A stretch of 64,000 bases of DNA from contig JBJLFO010000001.1 of the NCBI GenBank assembly GCA_045565315.1, forward strand, positions 209,542-273,541. Direction: 5' to 3'. The first letter of the stretch is position 1. Every line of letters starts with the position of its first letter. The stretch comes from Alphaproteobacteria bacterium (GTDB taxonomy: Bacteria; Pseudomonadota; Alphaproteobacteria; Rhizobiales; TMED25). The translations under genes were made by a program, and so were the position numbers. Shown here one piece after another: positions 34,873 to 44,589 of this stretch. The notes under the pieces are model-generated. The model saw only the letters and a program-made list of their open reading frames with translations. It did no database searches and was not told the origin of the DNA.

Positions 34873-36540
34873 ATGCCAAAAATGTCAGGTGGCCGGTTTA
34901 TCGCAGAATTTTTAGAGAAGGCAGGAACGAAAGCTGTGTTTTATGTGCCAACAATATTAAGTAGACCATTAGCTGAAATGGATAATATGAAAATAAAACG
35001 TGTACTGGCTCATGCTGAAAAATCAGCAGCCTATATGGCTGATGGATATGCAAGAGCATCTGGTAAGCCTGGTATTTGTGCTGGACAGGCAGTTGGTGCA
35101 GCAAACTTAGCCGCAGGATTAAGGGATGCTCTTTTAGGTAACAGTCCTGTTATTTCAATCTCTGGTGGAAGAAAATCGATGGAAAAGCATAAGGGTGCCT
35201 ACCAAGAAAATGACGACTTTCCTGTATTTGAAGCCCTAACAAAAGCAAATTTTCAAGTTGATCAAGTTGAAAGGTTGCCTGATCTTATGCGCCAAGCCTT
35301 TCGTGAAGCAACCTCAGGTAATCCTGGTCCAGTAAATCTTCAATTAGCTGGAAATAATGGCCAAATAGAGGATGATTATGCAGATCTAGATGTAATTGTT
35401 GAAGATCGTTATACTGAGTCACCTTCTCATAGAATTTTGCCTCCAGAAACAGATATAAAAGCTGCTATTGCTCATATTAAAACTTCAAAAAAACCTCTTA
35501 TAATCTTGGGAGGAGGAGCAAGAATATCTGGAGCCGGTGATGAGGCTATTCAGTTATCAAAAGAGTTCGGTATTCCTATTGCGACTTCAGTTGCAGCATA
35601 TAATCTTGTTCCAGAAGACTACGAACTATACGTAGGTGTTCCTGGATCTTACTCAAGATCATGTACAAACAAAATTGTATCAGAGGCAGATCTTGTAATC
35701 TATATTGGCTCAAGTACAGGAGGACAGGTTACACATTTTTGGAAAATACCAGATAGTAATATTCGAGTTATTCAAATTGGTATAGATCCATCGGATCTTG
35801 GCAGAAACTATCCAAATGATGTAAGTCTATTAGGTGATGCAAAATCCACCCTTCAACTTCTATTGAAAGAAAATATATCGGCTTTAGTAATAGATCCATG
35901 GCTAAAGAGAACACAAGACTTAGTTACAGAATGGAAAAATGATATAGAGAAGCAAAGAAATTCAAACAGTATCCCCATAAGACCGGAGAGAATGATGAAG
36001 GAAATTTCTGAGTCATTACCTGATGACTCTATTGTTGTTTCTGATACTGGGCATACAGCAATGTGGACTGTACAGAATCTTTGGATCAATAAGAAATGGG
36101 AGTTTATAAGATGTGCTGGATCTCTTGGTTGGGGATTTCCTGCTGCTATGGGTGCTAAATGTGCCTTCCCTGAAAAAAATGTCTTCTGCCTAACCGGTGA
36201 TGGAGGTCTATGGTATCACTTCACTGAACTAGAAACAGCTATAAGATCGGATATACCAACAATTACCATAGTGAATAATAATAATGCACTCAATCAAGAA
36301 TATGATATTTTTATGAATGCATATGATGGTAAACCATCTGATAGATGGACTGAAATGTGGTATTTCAACAAAGTAAGTTTCGCAGAACTAGCAAATAATA
36401 TGGGTGCTTTTGGTATTAAAGTTACAAATCCTGATGATATAAAAGATGCAATTAAGCAAGCTATTGATAGTAAAAAACCCTCCATTATAGAAATTGAAGG
36501 TGATGTAGATGCTCTTGCACCGACTGCTTGGTCAAAATAG
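34873..36540 (+). CDS. Thiamine-diphosphate-dependent enzyme (acetolactate synthase / oxalyl-CoA decarboxylase-like fold)
   Basis: Track ORF of 555 aa. ThDP motif GDGG-X24-NNN (LTGDGGLWYHF...IVNNNNALNQE) and the N-terminal pyrimidine-binding region. Confidence 0.8.
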   Translation: MPKMSGGRFIAEFLEKAGTKAVFYVPTILSRPLAEMDNMKIKRVLAHAEKSAAYMADGYARASGKPGICAGQAVGAANLAAGLRDALLGNSPVISISGGRKSMEKHKGAYQENDDFPVFEALTKANFQVDQVERLPDLMRQAFREATSGNPGPVNLQLAGNNGQIEDDYADLDVIVEDRYTESPSHRILPPETDIKAAIAHIKTSKKPLIILGGGARISGAGDEAIQLSKEFGIPIATSVAAYNLVPEDYELYVGVPGSYSRSCTNKIVSEADLVIYIGSSTGGQVTHFWKIPDSNIRVIQIGIDPSDLGRNYPNDVSLLGDAKSTLQLLLKENISALVIDPWLKRTQDLVTEWKNDIEKQRNSNSIPIRPERMMKEISESLPDDSIVVSDTGHTAMWTVQNLWINKKWEFIRCAGSLGWGFPAAMGAKCAFPEKNVFCLTGDGGLWYHFTELETAIRSDIPTITIVNNNNALNQEYDIFMNAYDGKPSDRWTEMWYFNKVSFAELANNMGAFGIKVTNPDDIKDAIKQAIDSKKPSIIEIEGDVDALAPTAWSK

Positions 36541-36574
36541 AGAATTTATCGTAAAAGAATTTTAGAAATAAGAT

Positions 36575-37816
36575 ATGTATTTTAATCTAAAAAGAGCTAA
36601 TGAATATATGGATAGATTTGAGGTTGATGTTTTAATTGCATCAACTCCTGAAAATGTTACCTACCTCAGTGATACAGTAAGTTGGGCTCCAAAAGTATAC
36701 GCTTACTCAGTAGATATGTTTGTTATATATTTTAGAGACCCGAATATAAAAACTTCCTTAATTGTTCCAAGTCAAGAAATGACCTATGTATCAGGTTCAG
36801 GGACATGGGTAGAAGATATATATACATATGGTGGAAAGAGCGCTTTAATCCAAACAAATGAAATCTCATCATTATCAAATGAAGAAACTAATTATTTGAA
36901 TATGCAAAATAATGACAACAAAAGATCGGCAAATAGTATTAAAGCACTTGTACAATCTATAAATGATAAGTCTAGAGGTAATAGATTGAGAGTAGCTCTA
37001 GATGAAGATAAAATTACCTATAAATCTAAATTAGAACTTGCTGATCAGTTACCAAATTGTGAAATAGTAGATTCAGCTGATTTATTTAGATTGATTAGAG
37101 CAGTTAAAACTGAAGATGAAATAAAGGCAATGAAGTTAGCAGCTAAACTCAATGAAGAAGCCTCGATTGCTGCATGCAGTGAAATTAAAATCGGGATGAA
37201 AGAGACAGATATTGCAAAAGTATACGCAAAACATGTTGGTAACGGTCTTGGAAAGTGGCTATGGTTTCATTTTGGCTCTGGGCGTCGATCTGTTGGAATT
37301 TTTCCGCCAACAGAAAAAGTTATCAAAGCTGGTGATATGTGGAAATTCGATGCAGGATTATCCCTTAATAACTATCAAGCTGATACCGGATGGGGTGGAG
37401 TAATGGGCGAGCCAACAAAAGAACAAGTCAAAATATGGGATGCTACATTAGCTGGTTTCAATGCTGCTTTATCAGTAATAAAAGAGGGGGTAATGCCCTC
37501 AGAAATTCAACATGCAATGCTCAATGGTACAAAAGATAATGGACTACCGGGTCATTGTGGTACTTTTGCTGGACATGCAATAGGGCTTGAAATGAGAGAG
37601 TTACCATACGTTCTCGGAAATAAGAATAAGGTTGTAAGTAGATATTTACCAGACACAACTGATATTCCATTAGAGGAAAATACTGTTTTATGTATAGAAA
37701 ACCCTTGCCAAATATTTGGCCTTGGAGGCACTCAAATAGAGCAGACGATAGTTGTTAAGAAAAATGGGTATGAATTACTTACAAAACAAGATCGAAAATT
37801 ATGTATTATACATTAG
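36575..37816 (+). CDS. M24-family metallohydrolase (creatinase/prolidase fold), copy 1
   Basis: Track ORF. Creatinase-like N-domain plus a pita-bread domain. Putative metal ligands are retained (FDAG, ADTG, GHAIGLEMRE, IEN/IEQ). Confidence 0.7.
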   Translation: MYFNLKRANEYMDRFEVDVLIASTPENVTYLSDTVSWAPKVYAYSVDMFVIYFRDPNIKTSLIVPSQEMTYVSGSGTWVEDIYTYGGKSALIQTNEISSLSNEETNYLNMQNNDNKRSANSIKALVQSINDKSRGNRLRVALDEDKITYKSKLELADQLPNCEIVDSADLFRLIRAVKTEDEIKAMKLAAKLNEEASIAACSEIKIGMKETDIAKVYAKHVGNGLGKWLWFHFGSGRRSVGIFPPTEKVIKAGDMWKFDAGLSLNNYQADTGWGGVMGEPTKEQVKIWDATLAGFNAALSVIKEGVMPSEIQHAMLNGTKDNGLPGHCGTFAGHAIGLEMRELPYVLGNKNKVVSRYLPDTTDIPLEENTVLCIENPCQIFGLGGTQIEQTIVVKKNGYELLTKQDRKLCIIH

Positions 37817-37835
37817 ATTATAAATAATTATGAAT

Positions 37836-38681
37836 TTAGATACCTTTCATAATTTTATTTATAAAATCTGACATTTCATCTGCAATTTCATCTTCATAGG
37901 GCAGCCAATCTTCCCAAGGTATCAAATCTACATCAACGTCATCTATTGGTAGTTGATGCAGTGAGCTGTTACCCAACATATTATGAGCAATAATTCCACT
38001 TTTTGAATTATGAGTATTATCATTTCCTGGGATCACCAATGAAGGTGTTTTAATTGAATTTAATTCCATCTCAGTTATACCCATTACAGGTAATTCTGCA
38101 CCTGCTAGAAATTTCGATAATAAGCTGGATTGTATCTTTATAAATTCTTTTGTATCCATCCCAATAAGCTGTTTTTTCACTGCAGGGTTTGTCTTAATAT
38201 ATTCCATAAATCTTTTCGTTTCACAAACTGCTTCCATTCCTCCAGACTTTGCGGCTTCAATAAATACCTCATAATAATTAACTGGGAGTCTCTTTGCGGC
38301 AAATTCACCACCGGTTACTCTCATGATTATCATACCTATTAAATCACTTGGAAACTCTAGTGCATACATTAATGATGTCCTAGCACCAGAAGAAGATCCT
38401 GATATGAATATATATTGTTCATCCAATGACTTAAGTAATTTATTTAATTCTCTAGACCAAGTTATTTCTTCGGTTTCTATATCATCAATTAGAAGATCCG
38501 ACTTACCTGTATTTCGCCTATCATGTAATAAGACTCTTATATTATTCTCTGCAATTTTTTCTGCCAAACTTTTCATCTCAAGATACCCCCTGCGGGCACC
38601 AGGCATAAGAGCTAGTATTGGTTTGCCATTACCGATGATTTCGAATTCAATATTTACTCCATCAATATTTTTATTTGGCAT
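37836..38681 (-). CDS. Alpha/beta hydrolase
   Basis: Track ORF with nucleophile elbow G-S-S-S-G (FISGSSSGAR). Confidence 0.7.
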   Translation of the reverse strand: MPNKNIDGVNIEFEIIGNGKPILALMPGARRGYLEMKSLAEKIAENNIRVLLHDRRNTGKSDLLIDDIETEEITWSRELNKLLKSLDEQYIFISGSSSGARTSLMYALEFPSDLIGMIIMRVTGGEFAAKRLPVNYYEVFIEAAKSGGMEAVCETKRFMEYIKTNPAVKKQLIGMDTKEFIKIQSSLLSKFLAGAELPVMGITEMELNSIKTPSLVIPGNDNTHNSKSGIIAHNMLGNSSLHQLPIDDVDVDLIPWEDWLPYEDEIADEMSDFINKIMKGI

Positions 38682-38742
38682 AATCCACCTATCTAAAATT
38701 AAAATTTAATTATATAGTAAAAAAGTAAAAAATTATAGGAAT

Positions 38743-39726
38743 ATGAATTTGAAAGCCTATTTTATAGAAATTATTGATGGAGTTACTACTCTTACTCTAA
38801 AAAATATATCTAAACCTTCCCCAAAAGATGATGAGGTTTTAATAAAGGTAAAAGCCGCAGGATTAAATCGTGGTGGTTTTATTGTGGGTGGAATAATGCA
38901 TGGGGATAGAGAAAAACCAGCTGGAACTGAGGCTGCTGGTGAGATTATTTCAACTGGCAAGGATATAAAGAGGTATAAAATTGGGGACAAAATTATGGGA
39001 CGAGTCCTCGGTACTTCATCAGGGTCTTTTACTGAATATGCCCTGCTCAAAGAATATCAGCTTATGGATATTCCAGATGGATATTCTTGGGAAGAAGCCG
39101 CTGCTATTCCAGTAAGTTACCTTGCTGCATACGATGCAGTTGTAACATATGGAAAATTGTCAAAGGGTCAGGTAATGCTGATCACAGCTATATCTTCTGC
39201 AATTGGTATTTCAGCTCTAATGATTGGTAATATTTTAAAAGCACGTATCATCGGAACCTCAACCTCTCCAAAAAAAATTAGCCAATTGAAGAATATTGGG
39301 ATGGACTATGGCATCATTACACCCACACAACAACTTGAAGAAGAAATCATAAAATACTCTAAAAATGGGATTGATTTAGCAATAAACTGTTTAGGTGGTT
39401 CAGTATTTAATGCATCCCTCAACACTCTTAAATACAAAGGAATTATTGTAAATGTTGGTTATATGGATGGTGTTTTTGAAACTTCTCTTGATCTCAGAAA
39501 GATCCATGCGAAACGTATAAGTGTTCATGGAATATCTAATGCTTTCATACAGAAAGAGGATATTAAATCTACGATAAATGGTTTTAAGAGAAAAATATTA
39601 CCATATTTAGGAAAAGATAATTACAAACCAATTATTGACAAAGTTTTTGATTTTGATGATATAGATAACGGTCGAAAATATATGATGAATAATAAACAAG
39701 TTGGAAAAATAATAATAAAACTATAA
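38743..39726 (+). CDS. MDR-superfamily NAD(P)H:quinone oxidoreductase-like dehydrogenase
   Basis: Track ORF. GroES-like N-domain (VLIKVKAAGLNRG) plus a Rossmann domain. Confidence 0.75.
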   Translation: MNLKAYFIEIIDGVTTLTLKNISKPSPKDDEVLIKVKAAGLNRGGFIVGGIMHGDREKPAGTEAAGEIISTGKDIKRYKIGDKIMGRVLGTSSGSFTEYALLKEYQLMDIPDGYSWEEAAAIPVSYLAAYDAVVTYGKLSKGQVMLITAISSAIGISALMIGNILKARIIGTSTSPKKISQLKNIGMDYGIITPTQQLEEEIIKYSKNGIDLAINCLGGSVFNASLNTLKYKGIIVNVGYMDGVFETSLDLRKIHAKRISVHGISNAFIQKEDIKSTINGFKRKILPYLGKDNYKPIIDKVFDFDDIDNGRKYMMNNKQVGKIIIKL

Positions 39727-39754
39727 ATATAATTTAATTAAGAAAGGAAGAAAA

Positions 39755-40675
39755 ATGGCAAAGAAAATTGGTATTGTTGGTATGGGCCTGATGGGACAAG
39801 CCTTTATCTCAAATATGAAAAAATCTCAATTTATTATCCAAGGATTTGATGTTGATCCCAAAAGAATGGATGATCTTCGTGCACATGGTGGAACAGCCGT
39901 CAATACACCTGCTGATGCGGCAAAAGATGTGGACTGTGTTATTATGTCACTTCCGAATAGTTCTATAGCAAGAGAGGCAGCAATTGGCCCTAATGGTATA
40001 TCAGAGGGAGCAAATAGTAAAAATCTCTATGTATGTGATACGACGACCTCACGCCCAGAAGACTCAATAAGTCTTTCCGCTGAACTTGAAAAAAAAGGAA
40101 TTAAATTTCTAGACTCAGCTGTAAGCGGTACGAGTGTTATGGCTCAAGCTGGTGATTTAATTATTATATCCGGAGGTAAAAAAGAAGATTTTGACGCATG
40201 CCAAAGTTACTTTTCGGGTTTTAGTAGAGCAGCCTATTATATGGGACCTGTTGGATCAGGAGCTAGGACTAAATTAGTTATTAACCTTATACTTGCTGGA
40301 AATAGGCTTGCACTTGCTGAAGGTCTTGTTCTTGGTGATAAAGCTGGATTAGAGCAAAATAATCTGCTTGAAGTTCTAAAAGATAGCGCTGCTTCATCAA
40401 AAACAATGATAGATAAAGGGCCTAAAATGATAAATGCTGACTATTCAAAACAGGGCCAAATAAAAACATCTCTGAAAGATAATAGATTAATGCTTGAGCA
40501 AGGCCAAATACTCGGTTCTCCAATGTTAGTAACCTCGGCGATATCTCAATGTTATCAAGCAGCGTTTGAAAAAGGATATAGTGAAAAAGATACTGTTTCG
40601 TTTTATGAAATTTTAAGAGGTATGGCAGGTCTTAAGGAAAGAGAAGGTATTGACGATGTTCCCTTCGGAAAATAG
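39755..40675 (+). CDS. NAD(P)-dependent oxidoreductase, 3-hydroxyisobutyrate / beta-hydroxyacid dehydrogenase family
   Basis: Track ORF. KIGIVGMGLMGQAF dinucleotide fold and an HIBADH-like C-domain. GAAAGGAAG RBS. Confidence 0.8.
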   Translation: MAKKIGIVGMGLMGQAFISNMKKSQFIIQGFDVDPKRMDDLRAHGGTAVNTPADAAKDVDCVIMSLPNSSIAREAAIGPNGISEGANSKNLYVCDTTTSRPEDSISLSAELEKKGIKFLDSAVSGTSVMAQAGDLIIISGGKKEDFDACQSYFSGFSRAAYYMGPVGSGARTKLVINLILAGNRLALAEGLVLGDKAGLEQNNLLEVLKDSAASSKTMIDKGPKMINADYSKQGQIKTSLKDNRLMLEQGQILGSPMLVTSAISQCYQAAFEKGYSEKDTVSFYEILRGMAGLKEREGIDDVPFGK

Positions 40676-40694
40676 CTTTAGTGAGTATTGAGAG

Positions 40695-41660
40695 ATGAAA
40701 TATAATAAAGCGGAAGCAAAAGAAGCTGCAAGAGAAATATTGAGAGGTATTTGGACAGCAATGCCATATGCTTGGGACCAAAACGATAAATTTGACGAAA
40801 AATCAAATAGATCCAATATGGATCATATAATCAATAATATAAAAGTTGATGGTCATTATTGCTCTGGTAATATAGCTGAATTTTGGTCAATGCCAGATGA
40901 TGAAAGAATGTATGCTCATGAGGTAATGCTAGATCAAGCTAGAGGCAAAATTCCTATGATTGCTGGCTGCCATCATCAATCAGTCAAACAGGTTGTCTCT
41001 CTAGCAAAACATGCCCAAGATATCGGATATGATTTCATTATTGTCCTGACGCCATATGTTGCCGCAAGAGATGATGAGACTGTATATCAGTTTTATGAGT
41101 ATATATGTGCAAATGTTGATATAGGAATAATTTTATTTAATGTACCTCAAAATTGTCATCCCATATCTGCAAAACTCGCAAGAAGGCTATCAAAACTTGA
41201 TAATATTTGCGGTTTTAAACAAGCTGATGGCTCACCAGCATCAACACACGCTATAATTGATGCTGTTGGTAAAGAATTAGTGATATCAGTTGCTGATGAA
41301 GCGCCTTGGTTAACCAGTATGACACAGCTGGGACTTCAATGGCTTGTTAATTATAATCCACACCTATACCAAACTAAGGAGTGGCTTCCACTAAATCAAT
41401 ATACAAAAGCCGCCCAAGAGGGAGATATAAATAAAGCAACAGCAATTGCAAAGACATTACAACCGCTGAGAGAATTGCATGCAAAATGGATAATGGGATA
41501 CTGGAATAGCGGAAGAATGCCAATTGCTGAAATGAAATACTGGCAAGAATTAATTGGTATGAAAGGTGGAAAGACAAGACCTCCCGTGATTCCAATGAGT
41601 GACGAAATGAAATATGAAATGAAGAAAGATTTGATTGCAACTGGAATTATAAAAAAATAA
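40695..41660 (+). CDS. DapA/NAL-family (dihydrodipicolinate synthase-like) class I aldolase
   Basis: Track ORF with a TIM-barrel DapA-like sequence. Candidate Schiff-base Lys in GFKQADGS. Confidence 0.7.
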   Translation: MKYNKAEAKEAAREILRGIWTAMPYAWDQNDKFDEKSNRSNMDHIINNIKVDGHYCSGNIAEFWSMPDDERMYAHEVMLDQARGKIPMIAGCHHQSVKQVVSLAKHAQDIGYDFIIVLTPYVAARDDETVYQFYEYICANVDIGIILFNVPQNCHPISAKLARRLSKLDNICGFKQADGSPASTHAIIDAVGKELVISVADEAPWLTSMTQLGLQWLVNYNPHLYQTKEWLPLNQYTKAAQEGDINKATAIAKTLQPLRELHAKWIMGYWNSGRMPIAEMKYWQELIGMKGGKTRPPVIPMSDEMKYEMKKDLIATGIIKK

Positions 41661-42830
41661 TCAATCGATATGAATCAATTCTTTATTTAATTCCTCTAAG
41701 CTATTGACACCAATCAAAGCAATGTCTCTGTCAATCTCTTCCATCAGTAAATTAATTGCGTGTTCAACCCCGGCCAATCCTGCAATTGATGCTGCATATA
41801 AGAATGGCCTACCAATAAAAACAAAATCTGCTCCAAGTGAGAGTGCTTTTATAACATCCGTACCTCTTCGAAAACCGCTATCTACAAATAATTTACAATC
41901 TTGGTTTATATGAGGCCTTATATTCTCAAGCGCCCTTATTGAGGAAATTGCTGAATCTAATTGCCGACCACCATGATTTGAAATAATTATTGCATCAGCT
42001 CCCAGCGAAGATGCTTTTATCGCGTCATCCTTATTTAGGATACCCTTCACAATTAAGTTACCATCCCAAATATTTCTTATTTGCTCAAGATGCGCCCAGT
42101 TTAAATTTGATCGCATCCCAAAATCTCGGTTAACAGAAGCAGAGAATACCGGTTCACCCCTTTCAGCTAAAAAATTTTCAAAATGCGGCATTCCATGCAA
42201 AAATAAAGTTTTTAGAAATGTATTTATAGACCAATTTGGCCTCACCATCCCATTATATAATAATTTCAAAGATGGTCGCAGCGGAGTTGAGAAACCATTT
42301 CTCAAGTTATTTTCTCTGCCAGCTAATACGGATACATCTACGGTTAAAATAAGAGTTTTAAAGCCAGCATTTTTGACGCGCATAACTAATTTTTCTACTT
42401 TATCATGCTCCCCTGGTAGATAGGCTTGAAACCATGTCTCAGGAGCAACCTTGATAATTTCCTCCATAGGGATCAACGAAGAACCACTTATCATCATAGG
42501 AATATTCATATTTCTAGCCCCTTCAGCCAAAACTAAATCACCCCTATATGCTGCCAAAGCACTAACACCCATTGGAGAAATACCGAAGGGGGCATTCCAT
42601 TCCTGCCCAAATATTGACTTTTTAATTGTTCGGCCAGAGACATTTCTGAGAATATTCGGAATAAACTTATATTTTGATAAATCATCAAAGTTACCTTTGA
42701 GTGTATCATTTCTTTCAGCACCACCTGAAACATAACCAAAAACAGGTCTCGGTAAATGTTTCCGAGCATAATATTCAAGATCATCTAGGGCGTATATTTT
42801 ATTTAATATTCTAGGTTTTTTACTTTTCAT
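41661..42830 (-). CDS. FMN-dependent alpha-hydroxy acid dehydrogenase/oxidase (LldD/glycolate oxidase family)
   Basis: Track ORF. SNHGGRQLD motif and a family-typical N-terminus. Confidence 0.88.
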   Translation of the reverse strand: MKSKKPRILNKIYALDDLEYYARKHLPRPVFGYVSGGAERNDTLKGNFDDLSKYKFIPNILRNVSGRTIKKSIFGQEWNAPFGISPMGVSALAAYRGDLVLAEGARNMNIPMMISGSSLIPMEEIIKVAPETWFQAYLPGEHDKVEKLVMRVKNAGFKTLILTVDVSVLAGRENNLRNGFSTPLRPSLKLLYNGMVRPNWSINTFLKTLFLHGMPHFENFLAERGEPVFSASVNRDFGMRSNLNWAHLEQIRNIWDGNLIVKGILNKDDAIKASSLGADAIIISNHGGRQLDSAISSIRALENIRPHINQDCKLFVDSGFRRGTDVIKALSLGADFVFIGRPFLYAASIAGLAGVEHAINLLMEEIDRDIALIGVNSLEELNKELIHID

Positions 42831-42858
42831 CTTTTCTATGCAATATGATTATTCATAA

Positions 42859-42891
42859 TATACTATTAACAATTATATTGTTTATAGTATA
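42859..42891. promoter_or_regulatory. 33-bp near-perfect palindrome in a divergent promoter region (candidate operator)
   Basis: TATACTATTAACAAT-TAT-ATTGTTTATAGTATA: 15-nt arms with 14/15 complementary positions, between the divergent 41661..42830 (-) and 42941..43501 (+) genes. Confidence 0.45.
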
Positions 42892-42940
42892 CTATATCTA
42901 TATATTATTTAATTATTTTGAATAAAAAGAGACCGCAATT

Positions 42941-43501
42941 ATGTTTGATTTAAATAGATTTATTGAAGATTGTGATAATAGGATTGGACAAAAAAATAAT
43001 CACAAAGCTGTGATGGATATATTATCAAAAGCCATTGAAAGTCCAAATCAATTATTTGACCAGTTTGGAGAACCGACCCAAGGTGGAATTCAAAAAATTT
43101 ATCAGTCTGATAAGTTTTCAATTTTAAACGTAGTTTGGACACCTAACATGTCAATAATGCCTCATAATCATAATATGTGGGCAGCTATCGGGGTATACTC
43201 CGGTAGAGAAGATAATATATTTTGGAGAAGACTGGATAATAAAGAAAATGGAAAAATTGAAGCAGCTGGTGCAAAGTCTCTCGAGACATTCGACGCCGTG
43301 CCTCTTGGCAGTGATATTATACATTCAGTTATAAATCCAACCAATAAATTCACATGTGCCTTACATATATATGGAGGCGACTTTTTTGAAGCGGACAAAA
43401 GCTCATGGGAACCTGATACTTTAGAAGAGCAACAGTATGAGGTCGAGCAATCTCATAAAACATTCAATGAAGCAAATAAACGCGCAGAGATAAAAGTATA
43501 A
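42941..43501 (+). CDS. Cupin-fold metalloprotein (cysteine-dioxygenase-like / COG5553-like)
   Basis: Track ORF. His-rich cupin motif MPHNHNMWAAIGVYSGRE and a later HIYGG. Confidence 0.55.
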   Translation: MFDLNRFIEDCDNRIGQKNNHKAVMDILSKAIESPNQLFDQFGEPTQGGIQKIYQSDKFSILNVVWTPNMSIMPHNHNMWAAIGVYSGREDNIFWRRLDNKENGKIEAAGAKSLETFDAVPLGSDIIHSVINPTNKFTCALHIYGGDFFEADKSSWEPDTLEEQQYEVEQSHKTFNEANKRAEIKV

Positions 43502-43553
43502 TAAGATCAGTAAAAGATAATATAGACTGAAGATATAATGATTATTTTTACTG

Positions 43554-44543
43554 CTATATATCTATAACTTTTCCACTCTCACCTGATTTGACGATAGCCT
43601 CAAATATCTCAATATTTGCAAGCATTTCCTCCGGTGTAATAGGATAAGCTGGGCCGTCATAGATTGCGTCATACCAAGCTTCAAAATTCTCTAATACAGT
43701 ATTTGTGTGAGAGTGTAATGTGACCAACCTGTCTTCCCCTTTTTTTGATAAAACAAGTTCACCTGGATCATCATGCTCAAAATTATTTACTTCTCTGGCT
43801 TCAATCCAACCAGTATCTCCAAAAACTGTATACCTTCCATAGAAAGGTGTAGCAATTGAAACGGAGACAATACCAGTAATACCACAATAGAATTCTATAT
43901 TTGCAGACATAGTATCAATACGCGGCTTTTCATATGCAATACTCGTCATTGTTGAATATACTTTTTTTGCTCTACCAAACATATGCACCATGAAGTCAGT
44001 AAGATGAATACCCCTTGCCGTAAATCCGCCGCCTGGGGCATCAATTGGGTTAAATCTCCAATTATCTTTTTCAAGTACTTTGAATAAATCATGACTAAAA
44101 TTAGTTTCAACGTGAAGCACATTTCCAATATCACCATCTTCGACATGTTTAAAAAGACTTTTCATTGCCGATTCATATCGTCTTTCATGCCCTAGCCCCA
44201 GAATAAGACCTTCTTTTTTACAAAAATCGATTGCTTCTCTTGCATCGCTGGCGCTCAAGGAAAGCGGTTTTTCACAAAAGATTTGTTTACCGGCCTTTGC
44301 AGCCTCTATTATGTGAATATGATGCAATGTATTAGGAGTTGCTAATATTACAGCTTCAATATTACTATCAGATAGAATTGATTCATAATCAGTTCTTAGT
44401 TCAATCTTGTATTCATTGGCAAAATCTTGGAGGTGTGTAATATCTTTATCAACGCCACAAATGATGTTAATTTTTTTACTTTTGCTGAGGTTTTTAACTA
44501 TTACTTTTCCCCACCACCCGAGTCCAATTACAGCAGTTTTCAT
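43554..44543 (-). CDS. Gfo/Idh/MocA-family NAD(P)-dependent oxidoreductase, copy 1
   Basis: Track ORF. N-terminal Rossmann MKTAVIGLGWWGK and the EKP motif (FCEKPLS). Confidence 0.85.
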   Translation of the reverse strand: MKTAVIGLGWWGKVIVKNLSKSKKINIICGVDKDITHLQDFANEYKIELRTDYESILSDSNIEAVILATPNTLHHIHIIEAAKAGKQIFCEKPLSLSASDAREAIDFCKKEGLILGLGHERRYESAMKSLFKHVEDGDIGNVLHVETNFSHDLFKVLEKDNWRFNPIDAPGGGFTARGIHLTDFMVHMFGRAKKVYSTMTSIAYEKPRIDTMSANIEFYCGITGIVSVSIATPFYGRYTVFGDTGWIEAREVNNFEHDDPGELVLSKKGEDRLVTLHSHTNTVLENFEAWYDAIYDGPAYPITPEEMLANIEIFEAIVKSGESGKVIDI

Positions 44544-44589
44544 ATTAGCTTTACAATCTTTGATTTAATAGACTTTTGCATTATAGCAG

